A DNA stretch of 64,000 nt. It comes from Candidatus Caldilinea saccharophila. GTDB lineage: Bacteria > Chloroflexota > Anaerolineae > Caldilineales > Caldilineaceae. Below are positions 10,578 to 19,676 of the stretch, in pieces. The stretch is taken from NCBI GenBank assembly GCA_016710365.1, contig JADJVW010000029.1, positions 18,962 through 82,961 on the forward strand, written 5' to 3'. The notes beneath the pieces were generated by a model. It made no database searches and was not told where the DNA came from. It saw only the letters and a program-made list of their open reading frames with translations. Each line of letters begins with the position of its first letter. The first letter of the stretch is position 1. The translations under genes were made by a program, and so were the position numbers.

Positions 10578-11612
10578 CTACTGCCACGCGCACGCGGGAT
10601 TGACCATCACCATCTTCTTGGCGTTGCGCTTGTCGTCGCGCTGCTGCACCATGGCCGCGGCGATCTCTTCCAGCGGAAAGCGGGCCGACAGCACAAGTTG
10701 CGGATCAAATTCCCCGCTGCGCAACAGGTCGAGCGCTGCCTGGGCGCGCGTGCCAGGGCTGGCCATCGAGGCGCGCAGTTGCTGTCGCCGGAAGTGAAAC
10801 GTGTCGGCGTCGAAGCGAATCACCCCGTGCTTGTCCGATGCAATGCCGATATAGCTGATGATGCAGCCGTTGGCGCCGATCTGCGCGGCCAGCGGAATCT
10901 CAGACGGCGGCGCGACGAGCAAAATCTTGTTGACGCCGCGGCGACCGAAATCCACCTTGCGCAGGTCTGTCTTGTCCACAAAGATCGGCTCGGCGCCGAG
11001 CGTTGCGGCCGCCTCCATGCGCGCGACGGAGTGCGAACGCCCCGCCATCCAGATGCGTTCGGCCTGCCGCCGCCGGCACTCCGGGATCGCCAACAGCCCC
11101 AACGGCCCAGGCCCGATGATCAGCACGCGGTCGCCAGGGCCGACCTCCGCCACGGCTGTCATATCGATGCTGACGGCCAGCGGCTCGGCCAGACACGCCA
11201 CCACCGCGGGCAGTTCCCCCGCGGCGAAGACCTGTTGCTGCGGGGCGACCATGTAATCGGCAAAGCCCATGGACTTGCCCCAGTAACTTTGCACGTTCGT
11301 GCACTCCAGCGGAAAGCCGGCGCGGCAAAGCTCGCACTCGCCGCACGGCGCGCTGGAATCGAGCGCGACGTGGTCGCCCGGCTGGAAGCGCGTCACGCCG
11401 GCGCCCACTTGCGTCACCACGCCGCTGACCTCGTGGCCAAAGAGCGACCAGCGCTTCGCCGTCTTGCCGGCAATCGACAGATCGGTGCCACAGATCGAAC
11501 ACGCGGCAATCTGCAACTGCACTTCACCTGGCGCTGGATCGGGTACACTGCGCTCGCGCAGTTCAAAGCGGTAGTGCGTTTTGACATAAGCAGCGCGGGT
11601 GACGAGCGACAT
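10578..11612 (-). CDS. Zinc-dependent alcohol/polyol dehydrogenase (MDR)
   Basis: ICGTD, GHEVSG, CGECELC..C, GPGPLG. Confidence 0.92.
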   Translation of the reverse strand: MSLVTRAAYVKTHYRFELRERSVPDPAPGEVQLQIAACSICGTDLSIAGKTAKRWSLFGHEVSGVVTQVGAGVTRFQPGDHVALDSSAPCGECELCRAGFPLECTNVQSYWGKSMGFADYMVAPQQQVFAAGELPAVVACLAEPLAVSIDMTAVAEVGPGDRVLIIGPGPLGLLAIPECRRRQAERIWMAGRSHSVARMEAAATLGAEPIFVDKTDLRKVDFGRRGVNKILLVAPPSEIPLAAQIGANGCIISYIGIASDKHGVIRFDADTFHFRRQQLRASMASPGTRAQAALDLLRSGEFDPQLVLSARFPLEEIAAAMVQQRDDKRNAKKMVMVNPACAWQ

Positions 11613-11650
11613 AAGTTTCTCCTATTGATGAGGTGCATCTAAGCTGTGTT

Positions 11651-12760
11651 TTAACCGATTTCCGCTAACAGCGCCGCCAATCGCGCCTTGACCGTCGCAT
11701 AGGAGAAGTGTTCCTCCACCAGACGCCGGCCCTCTTGTGACAGCCGCAGCCAGCGTGCGTCGTCGCGAGTTAGCTCCACGACGGCCTCCACAAACGCGGT
11801 CGGGGTGGCGGCGATGCGCGCGTGCTCGCCATCAACTGCAAAGGTTCCCTCCGCGGCGACCGGCGTCATTACCACGGGCAGGCCATAGCCCATCGCCTCC
11901 AGCACCTTGCCTTTGACGCCGGCGCCAAAGCGCAGCGGTGCAATCGTCACGCGGCTGGCCGCGTAGAGCGGCGCCAGGTCGGGTGCGTGGCCGGTAATCA
12001 ACACGTCGGGTGCGGCCAGTGCAGCGACCTCCGCCACGGGCAGGCCGACGAAACGCACGACCGCGCCGGGTAGCTGCGCCCGCACCCGCGGCCAGATGTC
12101 GGCGACGAAATGCTGGGCCGCGTCGCGGTTGGGCATGTGGACATAATTGCCGACAAAGAGCAGATCACGCCGGCCCTCCGGGGTAAACGGGCCAGGCATC
12201 ACCTCATGCACATTAGAAATAATGCGCACGTGCGCCTCCGGGCAGAGACGGGCGAGCAGATTGGCTTCCTCCGGCGTGACCACCAGGGTAAAGTCCGCCG
12301 CCGCGGCCAGGGCAAGCTGGCTCGCCTGCACCGCGCGCGCCTGCTGGGCAAGCCTTTCGCTGCGCCGCAGGTTGGCTGCGCGCATCATGCTGACAAAGGT
12401 CAGTTCAATAGTATCGAAGATCAGGGTGGCATGGGGCGCGGCGCGGCGGAGTTGCGCCACGAAGTCAGAGGTCCCCGGCACAACGGCAAGTAAAATCAGG
12501 TCGAGTTCGGCGCCGTGCGCGGCCAGATAATCGAGCGGCGCGGCTGGGCCAGCGGCCTCAATGCCATGCGCGGCGAGCAACGCCTTCGCCTCCTGGACGC
12601 GCACATCATAGGCAGGGTGAAAGGCGCGCCCGGCCGAGAGATTGGTCACCTCCCAACCAAGCTCGCGCAGCATCTGCATCACGCGCAGCACGCGCCGCGA
12701 GCCGCCGTCCAGATCCGGCAGCGGGTGCGTGTGAGTGATGACGAGAGCGCGTCGCGACAT
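11651..12760 (-). CDS. Glycosyltransferase family 4 protein
   Basis: [37 protein letters not shown]. Confidence 0.88.
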   Translation of the reverse strand: MSRRALVITHTHPLPDLDGGSRRVLRVMQMLRELGWEVTNLSAGRAFHPAYDVRVQEAKALLAAHGIEAAGPAAPLDYLAAHGAELDLILLAVVPGTSDFVAQLRRAAPHATLIFDTIELTFVSMMRAANLRRSERLAQQARAVQASQLALAAAADFTLVVTPEEANLLARLCPEAHVRIISNVHEVMPGPFTPEGRRDLLFVGNYVHMPNRDAAQHFVADIWPRVRAQLPGAVVRFVGLPVAEVAALAAPDVLITGHAPDLAPLYAASRVTIAPLRFGAGVKGKVLEAMGYGLPVVMTPVAAEGTFAVDGEHARIAATPTAFVEAVVELTRDDARWLRLSQEGRRLVEEHFSYATVKARLAALLAEIG

Positions 12761-12890
12761 GGCAGAGTGGTGCGTTGGGCGGTTGGGTAATCGCAAAAAG
12801 TGAAGGGGATTCTACCACGGAACGCAAACGTAGCCTATCCAGCAGCCGCGCCCAAAACCTCCGCGCCAACTGCAACACATCCGCGAAGAC

Positions 12891-13535
12891 CTCGCAGGTC
12901 GGGCTATCAGCCCGACGGAGCCGCGTCAACGCTCTGAATGGCATCAACCAGCATCTGCGGAGACCTCGTAGGTCGGGCTATCAGCCCGACGGAGCCGCGT
13001 CAACGTTCCGGATGGCATCAACCAGCATCTGCGGAGACCTCGTAGGTCGGGCTATCAGCCCGACAGGGCAACATCAACGCTTCGGATGGCATCAACCAAT
13101 GGGATCCCGTAGGTCGGGCTATCAGCCCGACGGAGCCGCGTCAACGCTCTGAATGGCATCAACCAGCATCTGCGGAGACCTCGTAGGTCGGGCTATCAGC
13201 CCGACGGAGCCGCGTCAACGTTCCGGATGGCATCAACCAGCATCTGCGGAGACCTCGTAGGTCGGGCTATCAGCCCGACAGGGCAACATCAACGCTTCGG
13301 ATGGCATCAACCAATGGGATCCGTAGGTCGGGCTATCAGCCCGACGGAGCCGCGTCAACGCTCTGAATGGCATCAACCAGCATCTGCGGAGACCTCGTAG
13401 GTCGGGCTATCAGCCCGACGGAGCCGCGTCAACGCTCCGGATGGCATCAACACAGCAGCAGGTCGGGCCGACGGAGGGTGACAACGCTTGGCAAGGTGAT
13501 GGAAGCACCGTCGGGCTGGTAGCCCGACCTACGAG
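12891..13535. repeat. GTAG-type REP tandem array (BIME-like) with higher-order structure
   Basis: GTAG-GTCGGGC-TATCA-GCCCGAC at 12894 (GCAG), 12968, 13042, 13109, 13183, 13257, 13323, 13397, degenerate 13458, inverted copy 13510-13532; spacings 74,74,67,74,74,66,74. Confidence 0.95.
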
Positions 13536-13658
13536 CTGAACCTTTGAGACGCATCCGCAGACCACAATAAGCTTGTAGAAAGCCCTGCCTCCGGCTAGAC
13601 TGGGGAACGTCTGCTCCGCCCGCCGCGTCTCATCGCGGCAAGCTTGTGTAGGAGAGCA

Positions 13659-14498
13659 ATGAGACCTTTTCTGAAATGGGCGGGCGGCAAGGCCCGCATT
13701 GTTGAGCGCATCAAGGCTGTGCTTCCGGCAGGCGAACGCCTGGTTGAGCCTTTTGTGGGCTCCGGCGCGCTCTTCCTGAACGTGGAGTTTGCTCGCTATT
13801 TGTTGGCCGATGCCAACCGCGATCTGATCCACTGCTACCAGCAGTTGCAGCGCGAGGGCATGGCTTTTGTCGAGCGCTGCGCCGCCTGTTTTGTGCCTGC
13901 CAACAATCAGCCGGACGCCTACTACGCGTTGCGCGCGCGTTTCAACTCTACCGATGAACGGGCCGAAAAAGCAGCGCTCTTTGTCTATTTGAACCGTCAC
14001 GGCTACAACGGCCTGTGTCGCTACAATGGATCGGGCGGCTTCAACGTGCCCTTTGGCCGCTACGCCAGGCCCTATTTCCCGCGCGAAGAGATGCGCTATT
14101 TCTGGCAAAAGGCCGCGCGCTGCGAGTTTGTCGTGGCGGATTTTGAGCGCACGCTGTGGGCAGCGATGGCCGGCGATGTCGTCTATTGCGACCCGCCCTA
14201 CGTGCCACTATCGGCCACCGCGAGCTTCACCAGCTACAGCGCAGATGGTTTTAATCTTGAGCGCCAACGACAACTGGCGCTTGAGGCGGAAACGTTGGCG
14301 CACCGTGGTGTTCCAGTCGTGATTTCCAACCACAACCTGCCCTTCACGCGAGAAATCTACGCTGCGGCGGATGAGTTCGTTTTTTTTGAGGTGCAGCGTC
14401 ATATCAGTTGTGACGGCGCCAGACGCATCGCGGCCGCGGGGCTGCTTGCCGTGTTCAGCGCCAAGCAAAAGATAGCAGGTATCTATTCAGCCAGATAA
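13659..14498 (+). CDS. dam: DNA adenine methylase (Dam/D12 class)
   Basis: LKWAGGK, EPFVGSG, YLNRHGYNGLCRYN..G.FNVPFG, YCDPPY; SD AGGAGAG. Confidence 0.88.
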   Translation: MRPFLKWAGGKARIVERIKAVLPAGERLVEPFVGSGALFLNVEFARYLLADANRDLIHCYQQLQREGMAFVERCAACFVPANNQPDAYYALRARFNSTDERAEKAALFVYLNRHGYNGLCRYNGSGGFNVPFGRYARPYFPREEMRYFWQKAARCEFVVADFERTLWAAMAGDVVYCDPPYVPLSATASFTSYSADGFNLERQRQLALEAETLAHRGVPVVISNHNLPFTREIYAAADEFVFFEVQRHISCDGARRIAAAGLLAVFSAKQKIAGIYSAR

Positions 14499-14620
14499 AA
14501 ATAGCACGCGGATGAGGCGGATCGGGCGGATTTTTGCTGATCTGATCCGCAACTATCTGCCTGATCCGCGTTATCCGCGTGCCATTGGTTGCACGATGCT
14601 TGTCCCGCTTGAATCGTTAC
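14479..14620. mobile_element. MITE (142 bp) with IS66-like ends and 8-bp target duplication
   Basis: TSD GATAGCAG at 14471-14478 and 14621-14628; ends GTATCTATTCAGCC...CTTGAATCGTTAC; internal GCGGAT 9-nt-periodic palindrome. Confidence 0.8.
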
Positions 14621-14640
14621 GATAGCAGGGTGGCCTTGCC

Positions 14641-15784
14641 TTACCACAGCCACATCCCAGCCGCCAACCCGATAACCCCGCCCGCCAGCACCAGCCACGC
14701 CGAGTTGATCTTGAAGCGAAAGAGCACAAGCGCGGCGCCGATCGCCAGCAGCGCGGTCAGCCAGTCGAAGATGGCGGCGCGGCCAAGCTGCCAGGTGACG
14801 CCCGCCATCAAGCCCAGTGCGGCCACGTTGACGCCGTCGAGCAGCGCCGCGCTCCATGGCGAGCGGCGCATCGCCGGCACCATGCGGTTGAGCACGGCCA
14901 CAAAGCAGAAGGCGGGCAGGAAGATGCCCACCGTCGCCACGATGGCGCCCGGCAGCCCGGCCACGAGGTAGCCGACAAAGGTCGCGGTCGTAAAGACCGG
15001 CCTGGCGTAAACTGCCCGATCGCCTGCGTCGGGCAGTTGCTGGTCGGTCAGCCAGCCCAGATTGACCACCAGATCGTTGCGCAGAAAGGCAAGCAGCACA
15101 TAGCCGCTGCCACCGTGAGGCAACGCCGATCTTGAGGAAGACAAGGAAGAGCTGCGTCAGGCTGATCGCGGCGGCCTGCTCCACCGCAGCGGTGAGAGCG
15201 CCGAGGCTCAGCAGCGGCAGCAGCGCGGCCTGCCCTGCCAAGCCGCGCCGCGCCATCGTGACCACGGCGACCAGCGCGCCTATCCCGAAGAGCAGCACCA
15301 GTTCGTTGACGCCCAGCAGATAGAGCGCAAAGACGGCGATCCCAGCAGTCGCCAGCAACGGGCCATGCACTGCCTTCTGGCCGAGGCGGATCAGCGCCTG
15401 CAGCACGATGGCGATGATCACCGGCTTGATGCCGTAGAGCAGCGCGCTGGCCTGCGGCGTCGCGCCATACTCGACATACGCCCAGGCCAGCGCCAGCACG
15501 ATCAGCACTGCGGGCAGGATGAAACCCGCGCCGGCGACGATCAGCCCGCGCCAGCCCGCGCGCACCGAGCCGATGTGGAGCGCCATCTCCGTCGAGTTCG
15601 GACCGGGCACGAGGTTGACGGCGCCGATCATGTCGAGAAAGTGCTGCTCGTCGAGCCACTGGCGGCGCACGACCACCTCGTCGTGCATCATGGCGATGTG
15701 CGCGGCCGGCCCGCCAAACGCGGTAAAGCCGAGGCGGGTGAAGAGTTTGGCGAGTTCGGTCAGGCGCTGGTTGGTTTCGGTCAC
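14641..15784 (-). CDS. chrA: Chromate transporter ChrA family, frameshifts near 15120 and 15010
   Basis: LGFTAFGGPAAHIAMM, VNLVPGPNSTE; second half GGSGYVLLAFL...PVFTTATFVGY. Confidence 0.88.
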
Positions 15785-15846
15785 GATCGCTCCGTAAAAT
15801 TACCCATTCTGCTTGTGGGTGTACTTCAAGTTGGGGGGTGCAAGTT

Positions 15847-15909
15847 ACGTCCCCGGCACGGCGCAACATAGGTTATCCCGGGAAACACAGTGCGCCGTGC
15901 CGGGGACGT
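15847..15909. repeat. 19-bp perfect inverted repeat (REP-like hairpin)
   Basis: ACGTCCCCGGCACGGCGCA ... TGCGCCGTGCCGGGGACGT. Confidence 0.85.
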
Positions 15910-16031
15910 TTGTCTGCTCCGAACCTGAATCTACGCCCTGCTGATCGCACATGATTAAGATATAGGTAAGATATGATAGGCTATAATCCAAAACTGGACG
16001 AGTTGCTTGCCGCCTATAGGGTTATCATCCC

Positions 16032-16469
16032 ATGAAAATTCGGCCCATCCGTAACGAGCATGACTATCGCGCTGCTTTGCAAGCGATCGAACATCTCATG
16101 GATGCCGCGCCAGGTTCCCCGCAAGAGGAAAAACTCGATGTCCTGGCGACGCTTGTCAAGGTCTACGAAGAAGAACGCTATCCGATGGACAGGCCATCGC
16201 CCATTGCTGCGCTGGAGTACTACCTGGAAAGTCGTGGTTTAACGTACAAAGCGCTGGAGCCCTTTATCGGTCCACCCAATCGGGTGTCAGAAATCATGCA
16301 TCGCCGCCGCCGGTTGACGCTTGCCATGGTGCGCCGGCTCGAAACCGGCGCCGGCATTCCAGCCTCCGTCCTGATCCAGCCGTATCCGCTGGCGACGCGT
16401 GCCGAGCGCGGCAAACGCGGCGCAGCCAAAAACGCCAAACAAGCGACGCCCAAAGCTGCGGCGCGCTGA
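16032..16469 (+). CDS. higA: HigA-type HTH antitoxin/regulator, no adjacent toxin
   Basis: MKIRPIRNEHDYRAAL...LDVLATLVKVYEE..YP...PIAAL...RVSEI..RRRLTLAMVRRL. Confidence 0.8.
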   Translation: MKIRPIRNEHDYRAALQAIEHLMDAAPGSPQEEKLDVLATLVKVYEEERYPMDRPSPIAALEYYLESRGLTYKALEPFIGPPNRVSEIMHRRRRLTLAMVRRLETGAGIPASVLIQPYPLATRAERGKRGAAKNAKQATPKAAAR

Positions 16470-16497
16470 TTGCTCGATCTACAGGTGAAGGCCACCG

Positions 16498-18666
16498 ATG
16501 CACCACGATCTTGACGTCGACGTCATCCTCATCCACACCGGCGAGTATCGCGTCCACCTGCGCCATCCATTTGCCGGCGAAGCGGCGCGTACGGTGCGCT
16601 GGCCGTGGAGTGAGCTTGAACTGGAAAACCGCCTCAAGGATTTGCAGATCGCCCTGCTGCGCGCCGGCGGACGGCGGCGCAAGGCGCTCTCACCCGAAGA
16701 GGAAACCGTGCAGCGTTTCGGCCGCGAACTGTTTGCCCTGCTCTTTGACGGCGAGACGCTCGCCCACTATCGGCGCAGCATCGACCTGGCCGGCGATGCC
16801 CACGCTGACCTGCGCATCCGTCTGCATCTTGACGACCCGGCGCTGGCCGCGCTGCCCTGGGAATTTCTCTATGACGCCACGCACGGCGACTATCTCTGCC
16901 TCTCGACGCGCACGCCAATTGTGCGCTACCTGGATGTGGGGCGGCTGGTGGCGCCGCTGACCGTGACCGCGCCGCTGCGCGTGCTCGGCGTGATCGCCAG
17001 TCCCTCCGACCTGGAGCCGCTCGACGTCGAGGCGGAGAAAGCGCGCGTCGAGCAGGCATTGGCCAACCTGATCGACGCCGGCATGGTGGAGTTGGTCTGG
17101 ATGCGCGGGCAGACGTGGCGCGACCTGTTGCGTTCGATGCGCGCTGGCCCCTGGCATGTCGTCCATTTTATCGGCCACGGCGGTTTCGACCCGCATCGCG
17201 ATGAAGGGTTGATCTGCTTTGCTGACGACGCCGGCCAGACGCGCGCGATGGCGGCGAGTGATGTCGCGCTGCTGCTAGCCGACCACCATGACCTGCGCCT
17301 CGTCCTGCTCAACGCCTGTGAGAGCGCCCGCGCCGGCGCGCTCGACATCTTTTCCAGCACCGCCACCGCGCTGGTGCGCCGCGGCCTGCCCGCGGTGATC
17401 GCCATGCAGTACGAGATCACCGACCGCGCGGCCATCGAGTTTGCGCGCAGCCTCTACGAGGCGCTGGCCGAGGGCATGTCCATTGACGGCGCGGTGAGCG
17501 AAGCGCGCAAGGCGGTCAAGCTCGACGCGCCGTACAGCATGGAATGGGGCACGCCGGTGCTGCATCTGCGCGCGGCGGACGGAAGGTTGTTCGAGATTGA
17601 GACGCCAAAGCCCGCGTTGCCACCGGCCACACCCGCGCTGCCGCCCGCTGCACCATCAGCCCAGCCTGCCGCACATGCTGCACAAACCCGCACACCGCCC
17701 GCTTCACAGTCCGTGCAGACGCCGCCTGCAGCGGCCAAAGCGCCGGCGGTTGTGAAACGCAGCCTTGACCCCGAGGTCGCACGGGCGCTGGCGATCCTGA
17801 CCGATTGGGAGCACTATCCGCCCGAAGAACGCTTGAAAGCCGGTGACTTTCTGGGCGCCGCGCCAGGCCGCGACCCGCGCCCGGGCGTCGGGCTGCGCAC
17901 GGACGGCCTGCCCGACATCGACTGGGTGGAGATTCCAGAATGCGACGCCAATGGCCGCCGCGAATTTATCTACCAGAAGAACGAGCGCCGCACGGAGCCG
18001 ACCTTCTGGATCGCTCGCTACCCGATCACCTATGAACAATTTCAGGTCTTTGTCGATGCGCGTGACGGTTTCCAGAACAAGGCATGGCGCGAGGGACTGG
18101 CGTCGTTTCCTGATCTGCCGCAGCAGTACTTCAAGGTGTGGAACCGGCCGCGCGAGCGGGTGTACTGGGTTCACGCCGTGGCCTTTGGTCGCTGGCTGAC
18201 CGCCAGGGCGCAGCAGACGCCCGACCTGCTGCCGCAGGCGCTGCGCAAGGGCAAAGGGGGGCGCATCACGCTGCCGACCGAATGGCAGTGGGCGAAGGCG
18301 GCGCGCGGGTGGGACGACCGCCGCTATCCGTGGGGCGCTGAGTATCGCACCGGCTACGCCAATGTCGACGAGACGGAGAAAAAGGACGGCCCACACACCT
18401 TGCAGCAGACCTCCGCGGTCGGCATGTACCCACAGGGTGCGTCGCCCTTTGACGTGCTCGACCTCAGCGGCAACGTGTGGGAATACTGCCTGAATGAATA
18501 CAGCAAGCCGCAGAATGTCCAGGAAAGCGGCCAAGCACGGCGCGCCGTGCTTGGCGGGTCGTGGTACAGTAGTGCGGGCGGTGCGTCCGTGGCGGCCCGG
18601 CTCGACGTCGTCGGCAGCTTCGACGGCTTCGGCGGCTTCCGGGTGGTCTGTGCGGCGTCCCCATAG
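16498..18666 (+). CDS. CHAT (caspase-like) domain fused to FGE-sulfatase/C-type lectin domain; putative DGR target
   Basis: LPWEFL, VVHFIGHG and LVLLNACES (His/Cys dyad), EWGTPVL; Pro/Ala linker; LPTEWQW.KAARG, YPWG, DLSGNVWE, GGSW, GFRVV. Confidence 0.9.
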   Translation: MHHDLDVDVILIHTGEYRVHLRHPFAGEAARTVRWPWSELELENRLKDLQIALLRAGGRRRKALSPEEETVQRFGRELFALLFDGETLAHYRRSIDLAGDAHADLRIRLHLDDPALAALPWEFLYDATHGDYLCLSTRTPIVRYLDVGRLVAPLTVTAPLRVLGVIASPSDLEPLDVEAEKARVEQALANLIDAGMVELVWMRGQTWRDLLRSMRAGPWHVVHFIGHGGFDPHRDEGLICFADDAGQTRAMAASDVALLLADHHDLRLVLLNACESARAGALDIFSSTATALVRRGLPAVIAMQYEITDRAAIEFARSLYEALAEGMSIDGAVSEARKAVKLDAPYSMEWGTPVLHLRAADGRLFEIETPKPALPPATPALPPAAPSAQPAAHAAQTRTPPASQSVQTPPAAAKAPAVVKRSLDPEVARALAILTDWEHYPPEERLKAGDFLGAAPGRDPRPGVGLRTDGLPDIDWVEIPECDANGRREFIYQKNERRTEPTFWIARYPITYEQFQVFVDARDGFQNKAWREGLASFPDLPQQYFKVWNRPRERVYWVHAVAFGRWLTARAQQTPDLLPQALRKGKGGRITLPTEWQWAKAARGWDDRRYPWGAEYRTGYANVDETEKKDGPHTLQQTSAVGMYPQGASPFDVLDLSGNVWEYCLNEYSKPQNVQESGQARRAVLGGSWYSSAGGASVAARLDVVGSFDGFGGFRVVCAASP

Positions 18667-18778
18667 CTCTGCGCTCTGAAACGCTGGACTCTGATCTCTG
18701 GTGCTCTGTTTTTTTCTGATCCGGTGGGCGCCAGCCCGCCGGCGGGGTCCAGGGGCAGCGCCCCTGGCGAATTTTTTT
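18556..18778 (+). other. Putative DGR variable region with downstream IMH-like and hairpin elements
   Basis: After TGG: TAC AGT AGT GCG GGC GGT; 13 consecutive NNC codons 18601-18639; (C)TCTG repeats 18667-18708; hairpins 18721-18742 and CCAGGGGC-AGC-GCCCCTGG 18749-18767, then a T-run. Confidence 0.7.
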
Positions 18779-18821
18779 GGTTACGTGCCGGGGACGAGCT
18801 GAGCGGTTTCGCGCGCTTCGC

Positions 18822-19135
18822 ACCGCCTGTTGAAACCGGCGTTTGGTAAGCGAAACCGGCTGCAGGCCGGTTGACGGGTGGCGTAGGTGCGGTTTGCAAT
18901 CTATAGGCATCAGAACCACGCCACCGATTGAAATCGGCGTCTGGCAAGGGGAAACCCGGCTGAAGCCGGTTGGCGTCAGGCGCCTCGATGGCGCAGAACA
19001 GTGCGGTGAAACGCACCGAACCGGCGAGTGTCCCATCCGACCAACCGGCTTCTAGCCGGGTTTATCTACCAGACGCCGATTTCAATCGGCGGTTTTGGGC
19101 GCTTAGCTTGATGCCTATGGGTTTGCAACCGCACG
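18822..19135. repeat. Long imperfect inverted repeat (REPIN/MITE-like) plus a partial third copy
   Basis: Arm 18886-18972 (GTGCGG..ATAGGCATCA..CCGATTGAAATCGGCGTCTGG..AAACCCGGCTGAAGCCGGTTGG) pairs with 19041-19134; related copy at 18822-18873. Confidence 0.85.
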
Positions 19136-19214
19136 CGCCTGTCCGAATCCTGGAACGTGCTGTGGTAGAATCCGTCTACACGCAGCCTGTGGGAGAAGAA
19201 AGGAGGAGCGCGTT

Positions 19215-19451
19215 ATGGAATTACGCCCGGCCTATCAGGATATTATCACGCTTGACCCTGGCAAGCGCAGCGGCAAGCCAACCATCCGCGGCATGCGCAT
19301 CACTGTCTATGACGTGCTCTCCTATCTGGCCGCCGGGATGAGCACCCAGGAAATTCTGGCGGATTTTCCGTACCTCACGGAAGAAGATATCCGCGCCTGC
19401 CTCAGCTTTGCGGCCGAGCGTGAGCGGCGGGTTCTCCTGGCGCACGCATGA
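19215..19451 (+). CDS. DUF433 domain protein (putative antitoxin)
   Basis: ITLDPGKRSGKPTIRGMRITVYDVLSYLAAGMS..EILADFPYLTEEDIRACL; SD AGGAGG. Confidence 0.92.
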   Translation: MELRPAYQDIITLDPGKRSGKPTIRGMRITVYDVLSYLAAGMSTQEILADFPYLTEEDIRACLSFAAERERRVLLAHA

Positions 19452-19522
19452 TACTCTTATTCGACCACAATCTGTCGCCAAGCCTCGTGCACCTGCTAGT
19501 GGAACAGGCAGTCTCGAGTTGA
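19448..19522 (+). pseudogene. Truncated DUF5615/PIN-like toxin remnant
   Basis: ATGA-coupled to DUF433; MILLFDHNLSPSLVHLL matches the PIN-like N-terminus, then stops after 24 codons. Confidence 0.7.
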
Positions 19523-19572
19523 CTTGAGTAGTACAGTCGGGCGTATGTGAGCCGTTGGTTGGTGCGGCGCGG

Positions 19573-19605
19573 AGAAACCGAGTTTCTCCAAGAAACTCGG
19601 TTTCT
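19573..19605. repeat. AGAAACCGAGTTTCT-type palindromic element (copy 1 of 3)
   Basis: AGAAACCGAGTTTCT-CCA-AGAAACTCGGTTTCT; relatives at 54158 and 55610. Confidence 0.8.
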
Positions 19606-19676
19606 GGCCGTTTCTGGCTGACGGCTTATTTACGCCGTCGTGTACCAGTGGTCAGGAACAAAACCTACTGCTCCGA

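Noticed and set aside
12891-13535. CRISPR array
   Set aside because: The spacers are repeated and mutually similar (three types), an inverted terminal copy is present and no cas genes are seen; this fits REP/BIME
18780-19210. DGR template repeat or reverse transcriptase in the window
   Set aside because: No AAC-rich copy of either VR and no RT ORF with a YxDD motif were found by eye; the machinery must be elsewhere if it exists
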